The notes below the pieces were generated by a model. That model had not been told where the DNA came from. It worked only from the letters and a program-made list of their open reading frames with translations, and ran no database searches. This document shows positions 20,326-30,194 of a stretch of 64,000 nt of DNA, piece by piece (within the stretch, counting starts at the first letter, position 1; the number at the start of each line of letters is the position of its first letter). Position numbers and translations under genes: made by a program. The DNA comes from a virus, in the IMG/VR virus record IMGVR_UViG_3300020420_000008, positions 82,610-146,609 of that record, one strand, 5' to 3'.

Positions 20326-20625
20326 ATGGCATTGACTGATGCAGACGAAAAAGCTGAAGTGATAGCACTATACGGCATTCAATTATTTTCAGGTGAAGGT
20401 GAATTTCCAACTGCCGATACAGCCTTAACAGTTTATCGTGCTGATTTGGGTATAGATGAAAAATATCTAGCTAGTGATTATCATTCTCCTATGCCAGAAA
20501 ATGAGGCTGACTTAATAAACTGGTGGATGGGTGGTACAAGAGATGGTAAGCATGAAATTGTAATGATAGGAACACACACGTTAACTGATCCAGATAATGT
20601 CTGGACAGAATGGACAGGGAGTTAA
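20326..20625 (+). CDS. hypothetical protein
   Basis: GGAG RBS, downstream of a late promoter. Confidence 0.65.
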   Translation: MALTDADEKAEVIALYGIQLFSGEGEFPTADTALTVYRADLGIDEKYLASDYHSPMPENEADLINWWMGGTRDGKHEIVMIGTHTLTDPDNVWTEWTGS

Positions 20626-20628
20626 GAT

Positions 20629-21732
20629 ATGTATATAAAATATGTTTCATCATTATCGAGTGACGAATATAGTAGAGCCACGTTTATGCTGGATGTTGCT
20701 GGTTTAGCAACTGGTACTAAAACTTCAACTGATGATTTAAATTCTTTGTCTTGCAACAAAGCCGCCAGTGTAATTTCAGGAACTAGCCCTACGTCAGGCA
20801 TATATACTCAATCAGCATCTTCTATATCTAATACTTCACAAGATGATTACTATCTTTGGATAAACAAATATCATTATGCTAAAGGTAATCCATCTACTTT
20901 TCAAGCACAAAATAGAATACAAATGGGCTGGACTGATAGTTATTATTTTAGACTTAGACATCAAGACAAAGACGGCGGCAACGCAATGTATACTAATAGT
21001 GGCTTTTGGGGACAATATTCCTCAACATCTTACAACTATGGTAAATTGTTCTATGCAATGAGTTCGATTCAAGAAGCTCATATTGTTCTTAATGATACAA
21101 CTTTTTTTATAATGATAAAAAGTACCGGAACTGAAACAAGTATAGATCACGCTTACTGGAGCTTGAATGATATAGAATATGTTCAATCGATTGATGATTA
21201 TCAGTATCAAGCTAATAACAAATATAGTCCTTTCATGAGTTGGTGGGGCTTTAATCTGAATACCATGTATAATAATGGTACCTCTAATACATCAACTAAT
21301 AATCATAGAAATGGTATGTATAGATGTCAATATGTTGATAGACAAGGCACAATGAGAAATTGTACTCCTTATGATAGTTACAATTATGCTTTTGGACACG
21401 TAACAACAACAACTGGTAAGTATTGTAGTATGCACCCTAGAATGGGAGAAAGACAGTTTAAAGTTACAGGAACTGGGGCGGCAAATCATCATATGTTAGT
21501 ACCTTGCGTATATGACGGTACCATGAAAGATGAAACTTCTGATCCTAGAAAAGGTGCTATGCCGAATGTATTTCGTACTACAGACAACTATTTTGATGAT
21601 GGTGACGTATTATTAGATGGCTCAACTAGATACAGAGTTTTTAGAGTACATAAAACAGGACATGCAAACTTTACTTCAGCAACAGAAGAAGCTTTTTACG
21701 CATTTCCAGAAAATAATGTTCCTTACAGTTAA
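20629..21732 (+). CDS. hypothetical late (virion?) protein, Tyr/Ser/Asn-rich
   Basis: 367 aa ORF with GGAG RBS. Confidence 0.7.
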   Translation: MYIKYVSSLSSDEYSRATFMLDVAGLATGTKTSTDDLNSLSCNKAASVISGTSPTSGIYTQSASSISNTSQDDYYLWINKYHYAKGNPSTFQAQNRIQMGWTDSYYFRLRHQDKDGGNAMYTNSGFWGQYSSTSYNYGKLFYAMSSIQEAHIVLNDTTFFIMIKSTGTETSIDHAYWSLNDIEYVQSIDDYQYQANNKYSPFMSWWGFNLNTMYNNGTSNTSTNNHRNGMYRCQYVDRQGTMRNCTPYDSYNYAFGHVTTTTGKYCSMHPRMGERQFKVTGTGAANHHMLVPCVYDGTMKDETSDPRKGAMPNVFRTTDNYFDDGDVLLDGSTRYRVFRVHKTGHANFTSATEEAFYAFPENNVPYS

Positions 21733-21747
21733 TAGTTAGGATATATC

Positions 21748-21945
21748 ATGCCTTCAAACGAAAGTGCAAGTAAAACTACTGCTAACACAGCACCTCCAGG
21801 AACTTCAGCAGGTTTAAGTAGAGAAAATAAAGGAACTGTTAGTGATGTTACTTTATATAAAATGAAAGGAGGTAGTCAGCAATTGATTGCCTCTCCTAAT
21901 TTTATAATCAAGCAAACGGTTCCAGTGCAAAGTTGGAGCGACTAG
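21748..21945 (+). CDS. small hypothetical protein
   Basis: AGGA RBS; fills the gap before the next late promoter. Confidence 0.55.
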   Translation: MPSNESASKTTANTAPPGTSAGLSRENKGTVSDVTLYKMKGGSQQLIASPNFIIKQTVPVQSWSD

Positions 21946-21957
21946 TTAACTAGTTAT

Positions 21958-21965
21958 TATAAATA
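21958..21965 (+). promoter_or_regulatory. late promoter TATAAATA for the neck operon
   Basis: Exact consensus. Confidence 0.85.
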
Positions 21966-21993
21966 GTGACATAATTAGCATAAGGAAGTAGTT

Positions 21994-22737
21994 ATGTCAA
22001 CCCCTAATTCAAAAGCGACACTAAAAGATTATTGTCTTAGAAGACTAGGACACCCTGTAGTTGAAATAAACATAGATGATGATCAGGTAGATGATAGAAT
22101 AGATGATGCTCTTGCATATTACCGAGACTATCATTATGATGGTACTGAAAGAGACTTTCTTAAACATCAAATAACATCTACAGATAGAACAAATAAGTTT
22201 ATCACAGTACCAGCAAATGTAAGTGGCGTTATAAATGTATTTCCAATAGGAACAGGACTTAACGCTAATAATCTATTTAATCTCAGATATCAATTAACAC
22301 TCAATGAAGTCTACGACTGGAGCAAATCTGCGTTTGCAGGTTATGTGTCTACCATGGAGAATATTGCACTGATGCAAGAAATATTTGTAGGTAAACAAAG
22401 TATAAGATTCGCTAGACATACAGATAAATTACACATAGACATGGATTGGGAAAAGAAGACAACTGTAGGTGAATTTATAATAATAGAATGTTATAGAGTG
22501 CTAGATCCAGATGTACACACTTCCGTATGGGGCGATTGGTGGTTGAGACAATATACAACACAACTTATCAAACGTCAATGGGGAGAAAATCTAAAGAAGT
22601 TTGAAGGCTTACAACTTCCTGGTGGTGTACAATTTAACGGACAAACTATCTGGAGCGAAGCTGACGAAGAAATAAAAAGATTAGAAGAAGAAATAATATC
22701 AAAGTTTTCCATGCCTGTCATGGATATGATTGGATAA
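21994..22737 (+). CDS. gp13: neck protein gp13
   Basis: LKDYCLRRLGHPVVEINI...KRQWGENLKKF..QLPGGVQFNG motifs; synteny. Confidence 0.92.
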   Translation: MSTPNSKATLKDYCLRRLGHPVVEINIDDDQVDDRIDDALAYYRDYHYDGTERDFLKHQITSTDRTNKFITVPANVSGVINVFPIGTGLNANNLFNLRYQLTLNEVYDWSKSAFAGYVSTMENIALMQEIFVGKQSIRFARHTDKLHIDMDWEKKTTVGEFIIIECYRVLDPDVHTSVWGDWWLRQYTTQLIKRQWGENLKKFEGLQLPGGVQFNGQTIWSEADEEIKRLEEEIISKFSMPVMDMIG

Positions 22738-22741
22738 TAAC

Positions 22742-24253
22742 ATGCCAACGAATTTTTATTTTGATAATTTTGCTCACACAGGACAGCAAAATTTAATAGA
22801 AGATTTAATTATCGAATCTATCAAAATATATGGTTACGATAATTTTTACATACCTAGAACAATCGTAAAAGAAGATGATTTGTTTGGTGAAGATGTATTA
22901 TCTAAATTCGATAATGCTTTGCCATTAGAAATGTATATTAAAAACGTAGAAGGATTTGATGGTGAAGGTGAGTTTCTTTCAAGATTTAATGTGGAAGTGA
23001 GAGATCAGATAACTTTTTCTATAGCACAAAGAAGATGGCAAGAAGAAGTATCTATAGACGATAGAAAGATAGATGAACAAGGAGAAAGAATAAATCGTCC
23101 AGTAGAAGGTGATTTGATATTCTTTCCTCTTACAGGACAACTATATGAAATAAAATATGTCGATAAACAACCTATCTTTTATCAGATGGGACAGCTACAG
23201 ATGTATGATTTGCGTTGCGAACTATTTGAGTTTAGCCACGAAAGAATTGACACTGGTGTCAAAGCGATTGATGACTTGGCTGCCAGACATACTATCAATG
23301 TTCTTAACTTTCAAATACTTCTTGAAGCATCTAAAGAACGTGCATTGGGTACTACTGTACTAACAAATGATAAAGTTACAGGTGTATCGTTAAGCAATCT
23401 TGGTGATTATGATGCTAGTCCTACAGTAACATTTGGTGCACCGCCTGCCGCCCAAGTTGCTATAGCTACATCAACAATAAGTTCAGGAGCTGTTACAGGA
23501 GCTACAGTAAATTCAAATTTACAAGGTTCTGGTTATATAGCCAATGTACCTGTTACTTTTAGCAGTCCAGAAACAACGCAAAGAATACAAGCTACAGCTA
23601 CAGCTACAATTTCAGGAGGTTCAGTAAGTGCAGTTACATTAACAGAGAATGGTGGTTTTTATACTTCTGCTCCACCAGTTTCAGTATCAGCATCACCTTC
23701 AGGTGATGATGCGGTTCTTACATCAACTATTGCAGGTAATCAGCTTTTACAAATTTTAATTCAAAGCGGTGGTTCAGGATACACTTCTGCTCCTACAATT
23801 ACGATAGGTACACCTAATAATGCTATACATTTTGCCGCCTCTGGTATAGCAGTTCCTGATGCAAAAGGTAATATAGGTAATATAATAATAACAGGTGGCG
23901 GTAAATATTATGAAAATGCACCTAGCGTTACTATAGGTAATCCTCCAGATTCTATTAGAGCCACAGGTACAGCACAGATATCAGGTACACAAGTATCAGG
24001 CATAACTATTACAAATCAAGGTAGAGGTTATGTAAACGTAAATGGCACACCTTTCGTTCCCTCTGTAACTTTCTCAGTAGAGACATTTACAGGTGGCATT
24101 AGACTTGAAGATGGTGATGGATTGTTATTAGAAGCTACAGCAAATACAACTCATGAAAACTCTACAGCTAACAATGTTTTCTTTGAAACTAACAAATCAG
24201 GATTTATAGATTTCTCCGAACTGAATCCTTTTAGTGAAGGAACTGATTGGTAA
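22742..24253 (+). CDS. gp14: neck protein gp14 with a large repeat insertion
   Basis: QNLIEDLIIESIKIYG...RPVEGDLIFFP...FYQMG and C-terminal DFSELNPF; probable start at ATG 22742. Confidence 0.9.
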   Translation: MPTNFYFDNFAHTGQQNLIEDLIIESIKIYGYDNFYIPRTIVKEDDLFGEDVLSKFDNALPLEMYIKNVEGFDGEGEFLSRFNVEVRDQITFSIAQRRWQEEVSIDDRKIDEQGERINRPVEGDLIFFPLTGQLYEIKYVDKQPIFYQMGQLQMYDLRCELFEFSHERIDTGVKAIDDLAARHTINVLNFQILLEASKERALGTTVLTNDKVTGVSLSNLGDYDASPTVTFGAPPAAQVAIATSTISSGAVTGATVNSNLQGSGYIANVPVTFSSPETTQRIQATATATISGGSVSAVTLTENGGFYTSAPPVSVSASPSGDDAVLTSTIAGNQLLQILIQSGGSGYTSAPTITIGTPNNAIHFAASGIAVPDAKGNIGNIIITGGGKYYENAPSVTIGNPPDSIRATGTAQISGTQVSGITITNQGRGYVNVNGTPFVPSVTFSVETFTGGIRLEDGDGLLLEATANTTHENSTANNVFFETNKSGFIDFSELNPFSEGTDW

Positions 24254-25089
24254 TGTTTGGACAGTTTCACTATCATAGCGCCATAAGAAAGTATATTATC
24301 ATGTTTGGTAATATGTTTAACGATATAGATGTCGTGCGTTTTAACAGTGCTGGCGATAATGTTCAACAGCTAAGAGTACCTATTGCTTATGGACCTAGAG
24401 AGAAGTTTCTAGCAAAACTTAGGGCAGATCCAGATGGTAGAAGAGAGATAGCAATGGTTCTACCAAGATTATCATTTGAATTAACTTCAATGAACTACGC
24501 ACCTGAACGAGTGTTAAATAGAACACATAAACAATTAGGCATAGGCGGTGGTAATAATTCACTTAGAAAAACTTTTACGCCAGCGCCATATGATTTAGAT
24601 ATGTCATTATATGCGATGTTTGCTAATCAAGAAGATGCTGTGCAAGTTGTAGAACAAATCTTACCTTACTTTCGTCCAGAGTGGACAAACAGTGTAAAGA
24701 TTGTACCTGAATTGAATACATATGTTGATGTGCCTACTATATTAAATGGTATGACAATAGAAGATAGTTATGATGGTAATTTTGAAGAAAGACGAGCCCT
24801 CATATATACATTTACTTTTAAAATAAAAGGGTATCTATTTGGACCAGTAACAAATAAAGGTATCATTCGTAGAACACTTGTTAATACATTTGATCCTCAA
24901 GCAAATACAGCAACAGGTAATGTCATTATAAGTACTAGTGACACTAAGTTACAAAGACTTACTTTGACACCAGGTTTACTTGCAAACGGACAACCTACAT
25001 CTAATAGTTCGGCGAGTATACCAATTTCACAAATAAGTGCAAACTCTAATTTTGGTTTTGCTTTTGATAGGGAAGATTTTTTTAACTAA
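24253..25089 (+). CDS. gp15: tail sheath stabiliser/terminator gp15
   Basis: FGNMFNDI...VPIAYGPREKFL...LPRLSFE...QVVEQILPYFRP. Confidence 0.92.
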   Translation: MFGQFHYHSAIRKYIIMFGNMFNDIDVVRFNSAGDNVQQLRVPIAYGPREKFLAKLRADPDGRREIAMVLPRLSFELTSMNYAPERVLNRTHKQLGIGGGNNSLRKTFTPAPYDLDMSLYAMFANQEDAVQVVEQILPYFRPEWTNSVKIVPELNTYVDVPTILNGMTIEDSYDGNFEERRALIYTFTFKIKGYLFGPVTNKGIIRRTLVNTFDPQANTATGNVIISTSDTKLQRLTLTPGLLANGQPTSNSSASIPISQISANSNFGFAFDREDFFN

Positions 25090-25499
25090 TGAAAAATAAT
25101 GTGACAGATGGACTAAACAAAGTTTTCGAAGTGGGGACGGATTTAGTGGAAGTAGATAAAGAAAAGAAACAAGCAGATGTACCTCAAGATGTAGATAACG
25201 ATTATAAGTACGCAAGAGAAAACTTATATGGCGTTATCGAAAAGGGCACAGACGCACTAGATAGCTTACTTGACTTAGCAAAAGCGAGTGAACACCCTAG
25301 AGCATTTGAAGTAGTGGCACAACTTACGAAGACACTTGTAGATGCTAATAAAGACTTACTTGATATACAAAAGAAAGTTAAAGACTTAAAAAAAGAAGAT
25401 GATGATAAGCAACAACCTCAAAATGTTACAAATGCTTTATTTGTTGGTAGCACAGCCGAGTTGCAGAAAATGATATCCGGAAGGAATGAAGATGTATGA
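25089..25499 (+). CDS. gp16: terminase small subunit gp16
   Basis: DYKYARENLY...SEHPRAFEV...NALFVGSTAELQK. Confidence 0.92.
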   Translation: MKNNVTDGLNKVFEVGTDLVEVDKEKKQADVPQDVDNDYKYARENLYGVIEKGTDALDSLLDLAKASEHPRAFEVVAQLTKTLVDANKDLLDIQKKVKDLKKEDDDKQQPQNVTNALFVGSTAELQKMISGRNEDV

Positions 25500-25908
25500 A
25501 TATAATGTAAAAATAGTAAAAGTGATTGATGGTGATACAGTAGACGTAGACATAGACTTAGGCTTTGGAGTTTGGTTACATAAAGAAAGAGTACGACTAT
25601 ATGGTATTGATACGCCAGAGTCAAGAACAAGTGATGTAAAAGAAAAGTTTTTTGGACAGAGAGCAAAAGCTTTTCTTACTAAATGGGTAACAGCTGGTGA
25701 TGTCACATTAAGAACAAAGACATATGATGCGAAAGGTAAGTTTGGTAGAATACTTGGTGAGTTATGGTATGCAGGTGAACATAATATAAATCAAAAATTG
25801 ATAGATGAGCATCATGCAGTTGCGTATCACGGACAATCGAAAGAAGAAATACAAGAGCAACATTTAAAGAATAGAGAATTATTGCTTGAAAAAGATCCTG
25901 TAAGATAA
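25486..25908 (+). CDS. thermonuclease (SNase-like) family nuclease
   Basis: KVIDGDTVD...RVRLYGIDTPE...GKFGRILG motifs. Confidence 0.88.
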   Translation: MKMYEYNVKIVKVIDGDTVDVDIDLGFGVWLHKERVRLYGIDTPESRTSDVKEKFFGQRAKAFLTKWVTAGDVTLRTKTYDAKGKFGRILGELWYAGEHNINQKLIDEHHAVAYHGQSKEEIQEQHLKNRELLLEKDPVR

Positions 25909-27548
25909 TGTCTACTCTAACATATCTTGGTAATCCTAATCTAAAAGCAAAAGGCGTATCTGTAAACTTTGATAAAGAAAATATCAAAGAATACATAAAA
26001 TGTTCTAAAAATCCTGTATATTTTGCAAAAAACTACGTAAAGATTATTAACGTAGATAAAGGACTTGTTCCTTTCAAGTTATATAAATTTCAAAAAGAAA
26101 TGGTTGAAACTTTCAATAAAAATCGTTTCAGTATATGTAAACTACCTAGACAGTCAGGTAAATCAACTACAGTCACAGCTTATATATTATGGTTGATACT
26201 ATTCAAAGATAGTCAAAATATAGCCATTCTTGCAAACAAAGGTTCTCTTGCAAGAGACTTATTAGGTAAGATACAGTTTGCATATGAATACTTACCAAAA
26301 TGGTTACAGCAAGGTATTGTTGTATGGAATAAAGGTAACATTGAGTTAGAGAATAGCTCTAAGGTTGTTGCCGCCGCCACTTCATCGTCAGCTATTCGTG
26401 GTGGTTCGTATAATCTCATATTCTTAGACGAGTTTGCCTTTGTTGGTAATAATCTAGCGGAAGAGTTCTTCAGTTCTGTTTATCCTACAATATCTTCTGG
26501 ACAAACTTCTAAAGTAATTATAGTATCTACACCAAATGGTATGAATCATTTCTATAAAATGTGGACTGATGCTGAAGAAAAGAACAGCCAGTACGTACCT
26601 ATAGAAGTACACTGGAGCCAAGTTCCAGGAAGAAACGAGAAATGGAAGAAAGAAACAGTTGCAAATACTTCTGAAGAACAGTTTCGTCAAGAGTTTGAGT
26701 GTGAGTTTTTAGGTTCAGCTGGTACACTTATACACCCTACTAAACTTAGAGTATTAGCACATGTGACACCTATAAAGAAATGGCAAGATGTTGAGATATA
26801 TGAAGAACCAAAACAAGATGCAATATACACAATGTCTGTTGATGTGTCAAGAGGTGTTGGTTTAGATTATTCTGCTTTTATTGTTGTAGATATATCACAG
26901 ATGCCTTATAAACTTGTAGCAAAATATAGAAGTAAGGATATATCACCACTATTATACCCTACTATTATTTACAATGTAGCAAAGTATTATAACGAAGCTT
27001 ACGTATTAGTAGAAATAAATGATATAGGACAACAAGTCGCTGATATATTACATCAAGATTTAGAGTATGAAAATATGTTAGCAACGTCTGTGAAAGGTAG
27101 GGCAGGACAACAAATAAGTGGTGGATTTTCCGGTTCATCATCTATGGGTATCAGAACTACAAAACAAGTAAAAAGAATAGGGTGTTCTAATCTAAAAGAT
27201 TTGATTGAGCAAGATAAATTTATTGTACAAGACTATGAAACGATTGTAGAATTATCAACATTTATAAGTAGGGGTGGTAGTTATGAATCTGAAGAAGGTT
27301 CTCATGATGATTTAGTTATGTGTTGCGTTTTATTTTCTTGGTTAGCTAAACAAACATATTTTAGAGATATAACAAATACCGACATACGACAGAAAATTTA
27401 TGATGAAAAGCTGAGAATGTTAGATGATGAAGCACTACCTTTTGCTATCATCGATGATGGACAACCAGAAGAGGGTGTTGTTCACTCACAAGAAGATATA
27501 GAAGAATTTATCAGAAAAGGAAACAAAGATAGCTTTAGTGTATTCTAA
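25908..27548 (+). CDS. gp17: terminase large subunit gp17
   Basis: PRQSGKST Walker A, LIFLDEFAF Walker B, DVSRG and HDDLVM nuclease motifs. Confidence 0.96.
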   Translation: MSTLTYLGNPNLKAKGVSVNFDKENIKEYIKCSKNPVYFAKNYVKIINVDKGLVPFKLYKFQKEMVETFNKNRFSICKLPRQSGKSTTVTAYILWLILFKDSQNIAILANKGSLARDLLGKIQFAYEYLPKWLQQGIVVWNKGNIELENSSKVVAAATSSSAIRGGSYNLIFLDEFAFVGNNLAEEFFSSVYPTISSGQTSKVIIVSTPNGMNHFYKMWTDAEEKNSQYVPIEVHWSQVPGRNEKWKKETVANTSEEQFRQEFECEFLGSAGTLIHPTKLRVLAHVTPIKKWQDVEIYEEPKQDAIYTMSVDVSRGVGLDYSAFIVVDISQMPYKLVAKYRSKDISPLLYPTIIYNVAKYYNEAYVLVEINDIGQQVADILHQDLEYENMLATSVKGRAGQQISGGFSGSSSMGIRTTKQVKRIGCSNLKDLIEQDKFIVQDYETIVELSTFISRGGSYESEEGSHDDLVMCCVLFSWLAKQTYFRDITNTDIRQKIYDEKLRMLDDEALPFAIIDDGQPEEGVVHSQEDIEEFIRKGNKDSFSVF

Positions 27549-27559
27549 ATAACACTTTT

Positions 27560-27567
27560 TATAAATA
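27560..27567 (+). promoter_or_regulatory. late promoter TATAAATA
   Basis: Exact consensus upstream of gp18. Confidence 0.85.
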
Positions 27568-27618
27568 TTGAGTAATTCAATAGATTAAAATCTTGTTATT
27601 CTTAGAAGGAGATAAACA

Positions 27619-29565
27619 ATGGCATTTCAAGTATCACCTGGAGTAAATGTAAGCGAAGTTGATCTTACTACTGTTGTGCCTGCCGTTTCAACAACAACTG
27701 GAGCGATAGCTGGACATTTTCGTTGGGGACCTGCTGATAAGAGAGTACTAATCGATTCTGAAGATAGATTAGTTTCCAACTTTCACAAGCCTAACGCAAA
27801 TACAGCCGATGACTTCTTTACGGCAGCCAATTTTTTAGCATATGGTAACTCTCTAGTTACAGTGAGAGTGGTAGACAGTACAGTAGCAAAGAACGCAGTT
27901 TCTGGCACTGTTGCCGCCTACATCTCAAACGATGATTATTATAACGAAGCATATTCACACAACTCAAGCAGTGGAGATTGGGTTGCGAGATATCCTGGTA
28001 TATTAGGTAACAGTGTAAAAGTATCTGTCTGTCAAAGCAAGGCGGCTTACGAAAGTGCTAGTACTCTGCATACCGCAACATATTCAATAACTCAAAACAC
28101 AAAAACTTTGGTATTTAACCAAGACTCAATAACATTAACCACCGACTTCACAGTTGGAGATATATTATTATTGGGTACGAACTTAGAACAAAGAAAAATT
28201 ACAGCAATATCTGGTAACAACATCACACTAGACAGTAACTATACTGGCGACACACTTACTAGAAGTAACAGTGCGATTACAAGAAGATGGGAGTTCTTCA
28301 ACTCATTTGATCATGCACCGACAACTACAATCTCCGCTAACACAGTAAATTCTGAAGGCGATGCAATACATGTTGCAGTTGTAGATGAAGATGGACATAT
28401 CACAGGAACAGCAGGTTCTATGATAGAATCATATTCACATGTGTCAATAGCGTCTGATGCTAAGACTGAACAAGGAGGGAACAACTTCTATAAAGATGTT
28501 ATCAATAATAACTCAAACTGGATATGGTGGGGAGCCCACAATGCAAACTTGACAAATGCTGGACAAGAAGCTAAAAAAGGCAATGACGGAACAGCAGGTT
28601 CAGGTAATAGCTTTGGTGGTGCTACAAAACCAGTAACAAATAGTTTATCACTTGGTAAAGATGGTGGTATACCTACAACAGCAAACTACACAGCTGGATA
28701 TAATAAGTTTAAATCAGCCGATGATGTTGATGTATCACTTATATTAGGTTCATCTGCCGACACAACTCTTGCTACACATTTAATCAATAATATAGCTGAA
28801 CATAGAAAAGATTGTGTTGCGGTGATATCACCTGAAAGAACAGACGTAGTTAATAATGATAGCTACGATGGTAAACAAGCACAAGATATTGTAGCATTCA
28901 GAAATACCTTACCTTCATCTTCATACAGCGTAATGGATTCAGGTTGGAAATACATGTATGATAAGTATAATGATATATTCAGATATGTGCCTCTAAACGG
29001 AGATACAGCTGGACTCATGGTACAATCAGACTTGACAAGAGATCCATGGTTCTCACCAGCTGGTTATAACAGAGGTAATGTCAAGAATGCAGTTAAACTA
29101 GCATTCAATCCATCGAAAGCAGATAGAGATGAACTCTACAAGAGTGGTGTAAATCCAGTTGTATCATTTCCAGGACAAGGAACAGTTCTGTTTGGTGATA
29201 AGACAATGCTCACACAACCAAGTGCTTTTGATAGAATAAACGTAAGAAGACTATTCATTGTACTAGAAAAAGCAATTGCAACGGCAGCCAAATTCACACT
29301 ATTTGAATTTAACGATGCTTTCACACAATCGCAGTTCAAAAATCTAGTAGAACCATTCTTACGAGATGTTCAAGGACGAAGAGGTATTACAGATTTCGCA
29401 GTTGTATGTGACGGAACAAACAATACAGGAGAAGTGATTGATAGAAATGAATTTGTTGGTGACATATATGTCAAACCATCACGTTCAATAAACTTCATTC
29501 AACTTAATTTTGTAGCAGTACGTTCAGGCATAGAATTTTCTGAAATAGTAGGCAAAGCAACATAA
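27619..29565 (+). CDS. gp18: tail sheath protein gp18
   Basis: SPGVNVSEVDLT...PWFSPAGYNRG...FDRINVRRLF. Confidence 0.96.
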   Translation: MAFQVSPGVNVSEVDLTTVVPAVSTTTGAIAGHFRWGPADKRVLIDSEDRLVSNFHKPNANTADDFFTAANFLAYGNSLVTVRVVDSTVAKNAVSGTVAAYISNDDYYNEAYSHNSSSGDWVARYPGILGNSVKVSVCQSKAAYESASTLHTATYSITQNTKTLVFNQDSITLTTDFTVGDILLLGTNLEQRKITAISGNNITLDSNYTGDTLTRSNSAITRRWEFFNSFDHAPTTTISANTVNSEGDAIHVAVVDEDGHITGTAGSMIESYSHVSIASDAKTEQGGNNFYKDVINNNSNWIWWGAHNANLTNAGQEAKKGNDGTAGSGNSFGGATKPVTNSLSLGKDGGIPTTANYTAGYNKFKSADDVDVSLILGSSADTTLATHLINNIAEHRKDCVAVISPERTDVVNNDSYDGKQAQDIVAFRNTLPSSSYSVMDSGWKYMYDKYNDIFRYVPLNGDTAGLMVQSDLTRDPWFSPAGYNRGNVKNAVKLAFNPSKADRDELYKSGVNPVVSFPGQGTVLFGDKTMLTQPSAFDRINVRRLFIVLEKAIATAAKFTLFEFNDAFTQSQFKNLVEPFLRDVQGRRGITDFAVVCDGTNNTGEVIDRNEFVGDIYVKPSRSINFIQLNFVAVRSGIEFSEIVGKAT

Positions 29566-29587
29566 ATAGGGACACAGGAGAAAAAAC

Positions 29588-30136
29588 ATGGCTTTTAACG
29601 TAAATGAGTTTGCTGGCGCCCTAAAATCAGGTGGTGCAAGAAATTCACTCTTTCAAGTAAATATCACAAATCCTATAAACGGAGTTGCTGATGCTACTGT
29701 TCCTTTTATGTGTAAAGGCGCTCAAGTGCCTGCCGCCACATTGGGAACAATCGAAGTACCATACTTTGGTAGACAAATCAAAGTTGCAGGAAATAGAACT
29801 TATGCTGAGTGGGCACCTACTATTATAAATGATGAAGACATGAGTATACGAAATGCAATGGAACAATGGAATCATTCAATCAACAGTGTTCAAGGAAACT
29901 TGAGAGCCACTGGTGGTTCTGCTCCAAGTCTATACAAAGCTTCAGCACAAGTTACTCAGTTCTCAAAGACAGGTGAAATTTTAAGAGTGTATGATTTTGT
30001 AGGATTGTACCCATCTGAAGTATCTACTATAGATATGGCGTGGGACGCTGAAACAATTCAAGAGTATACTGTTACATTTCAGTACGACTATTGGCAAGTA
30101 TCAGGCGGAACTACTGGTAACGCTGGCGGAATTTAA
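29588..30136 (+). CDS. gp19: tail tube protein gp19
   Basis: GGARNSLF...VPYFGRQIKVAGNRTY...YTVTFQYDYW; CATAAATA promoter variant at 29561. Confidence 0.94.
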   Translation: MAFNVNEFAGALKSGGARNSLFQVNITNPINGVADATVPFMCKGAQVPAATLGTIEVPYFGRQIKVAGNRTYAEWAPTIINDEDMSIRNAMEQWNHSINSVQGNLRATGGSAPSLYKASAQVTQFSKTGEILRVYDFVGLYPSEVSTIDMAWDAETIQEYTVTFQYDYWQVSGGTTGNAGGI

Positions 30137-30194
30137 ACCGAATTGATGATTTCGTGAGTCATAAATAGTATAAGACACACGTAAAGGATATAAT

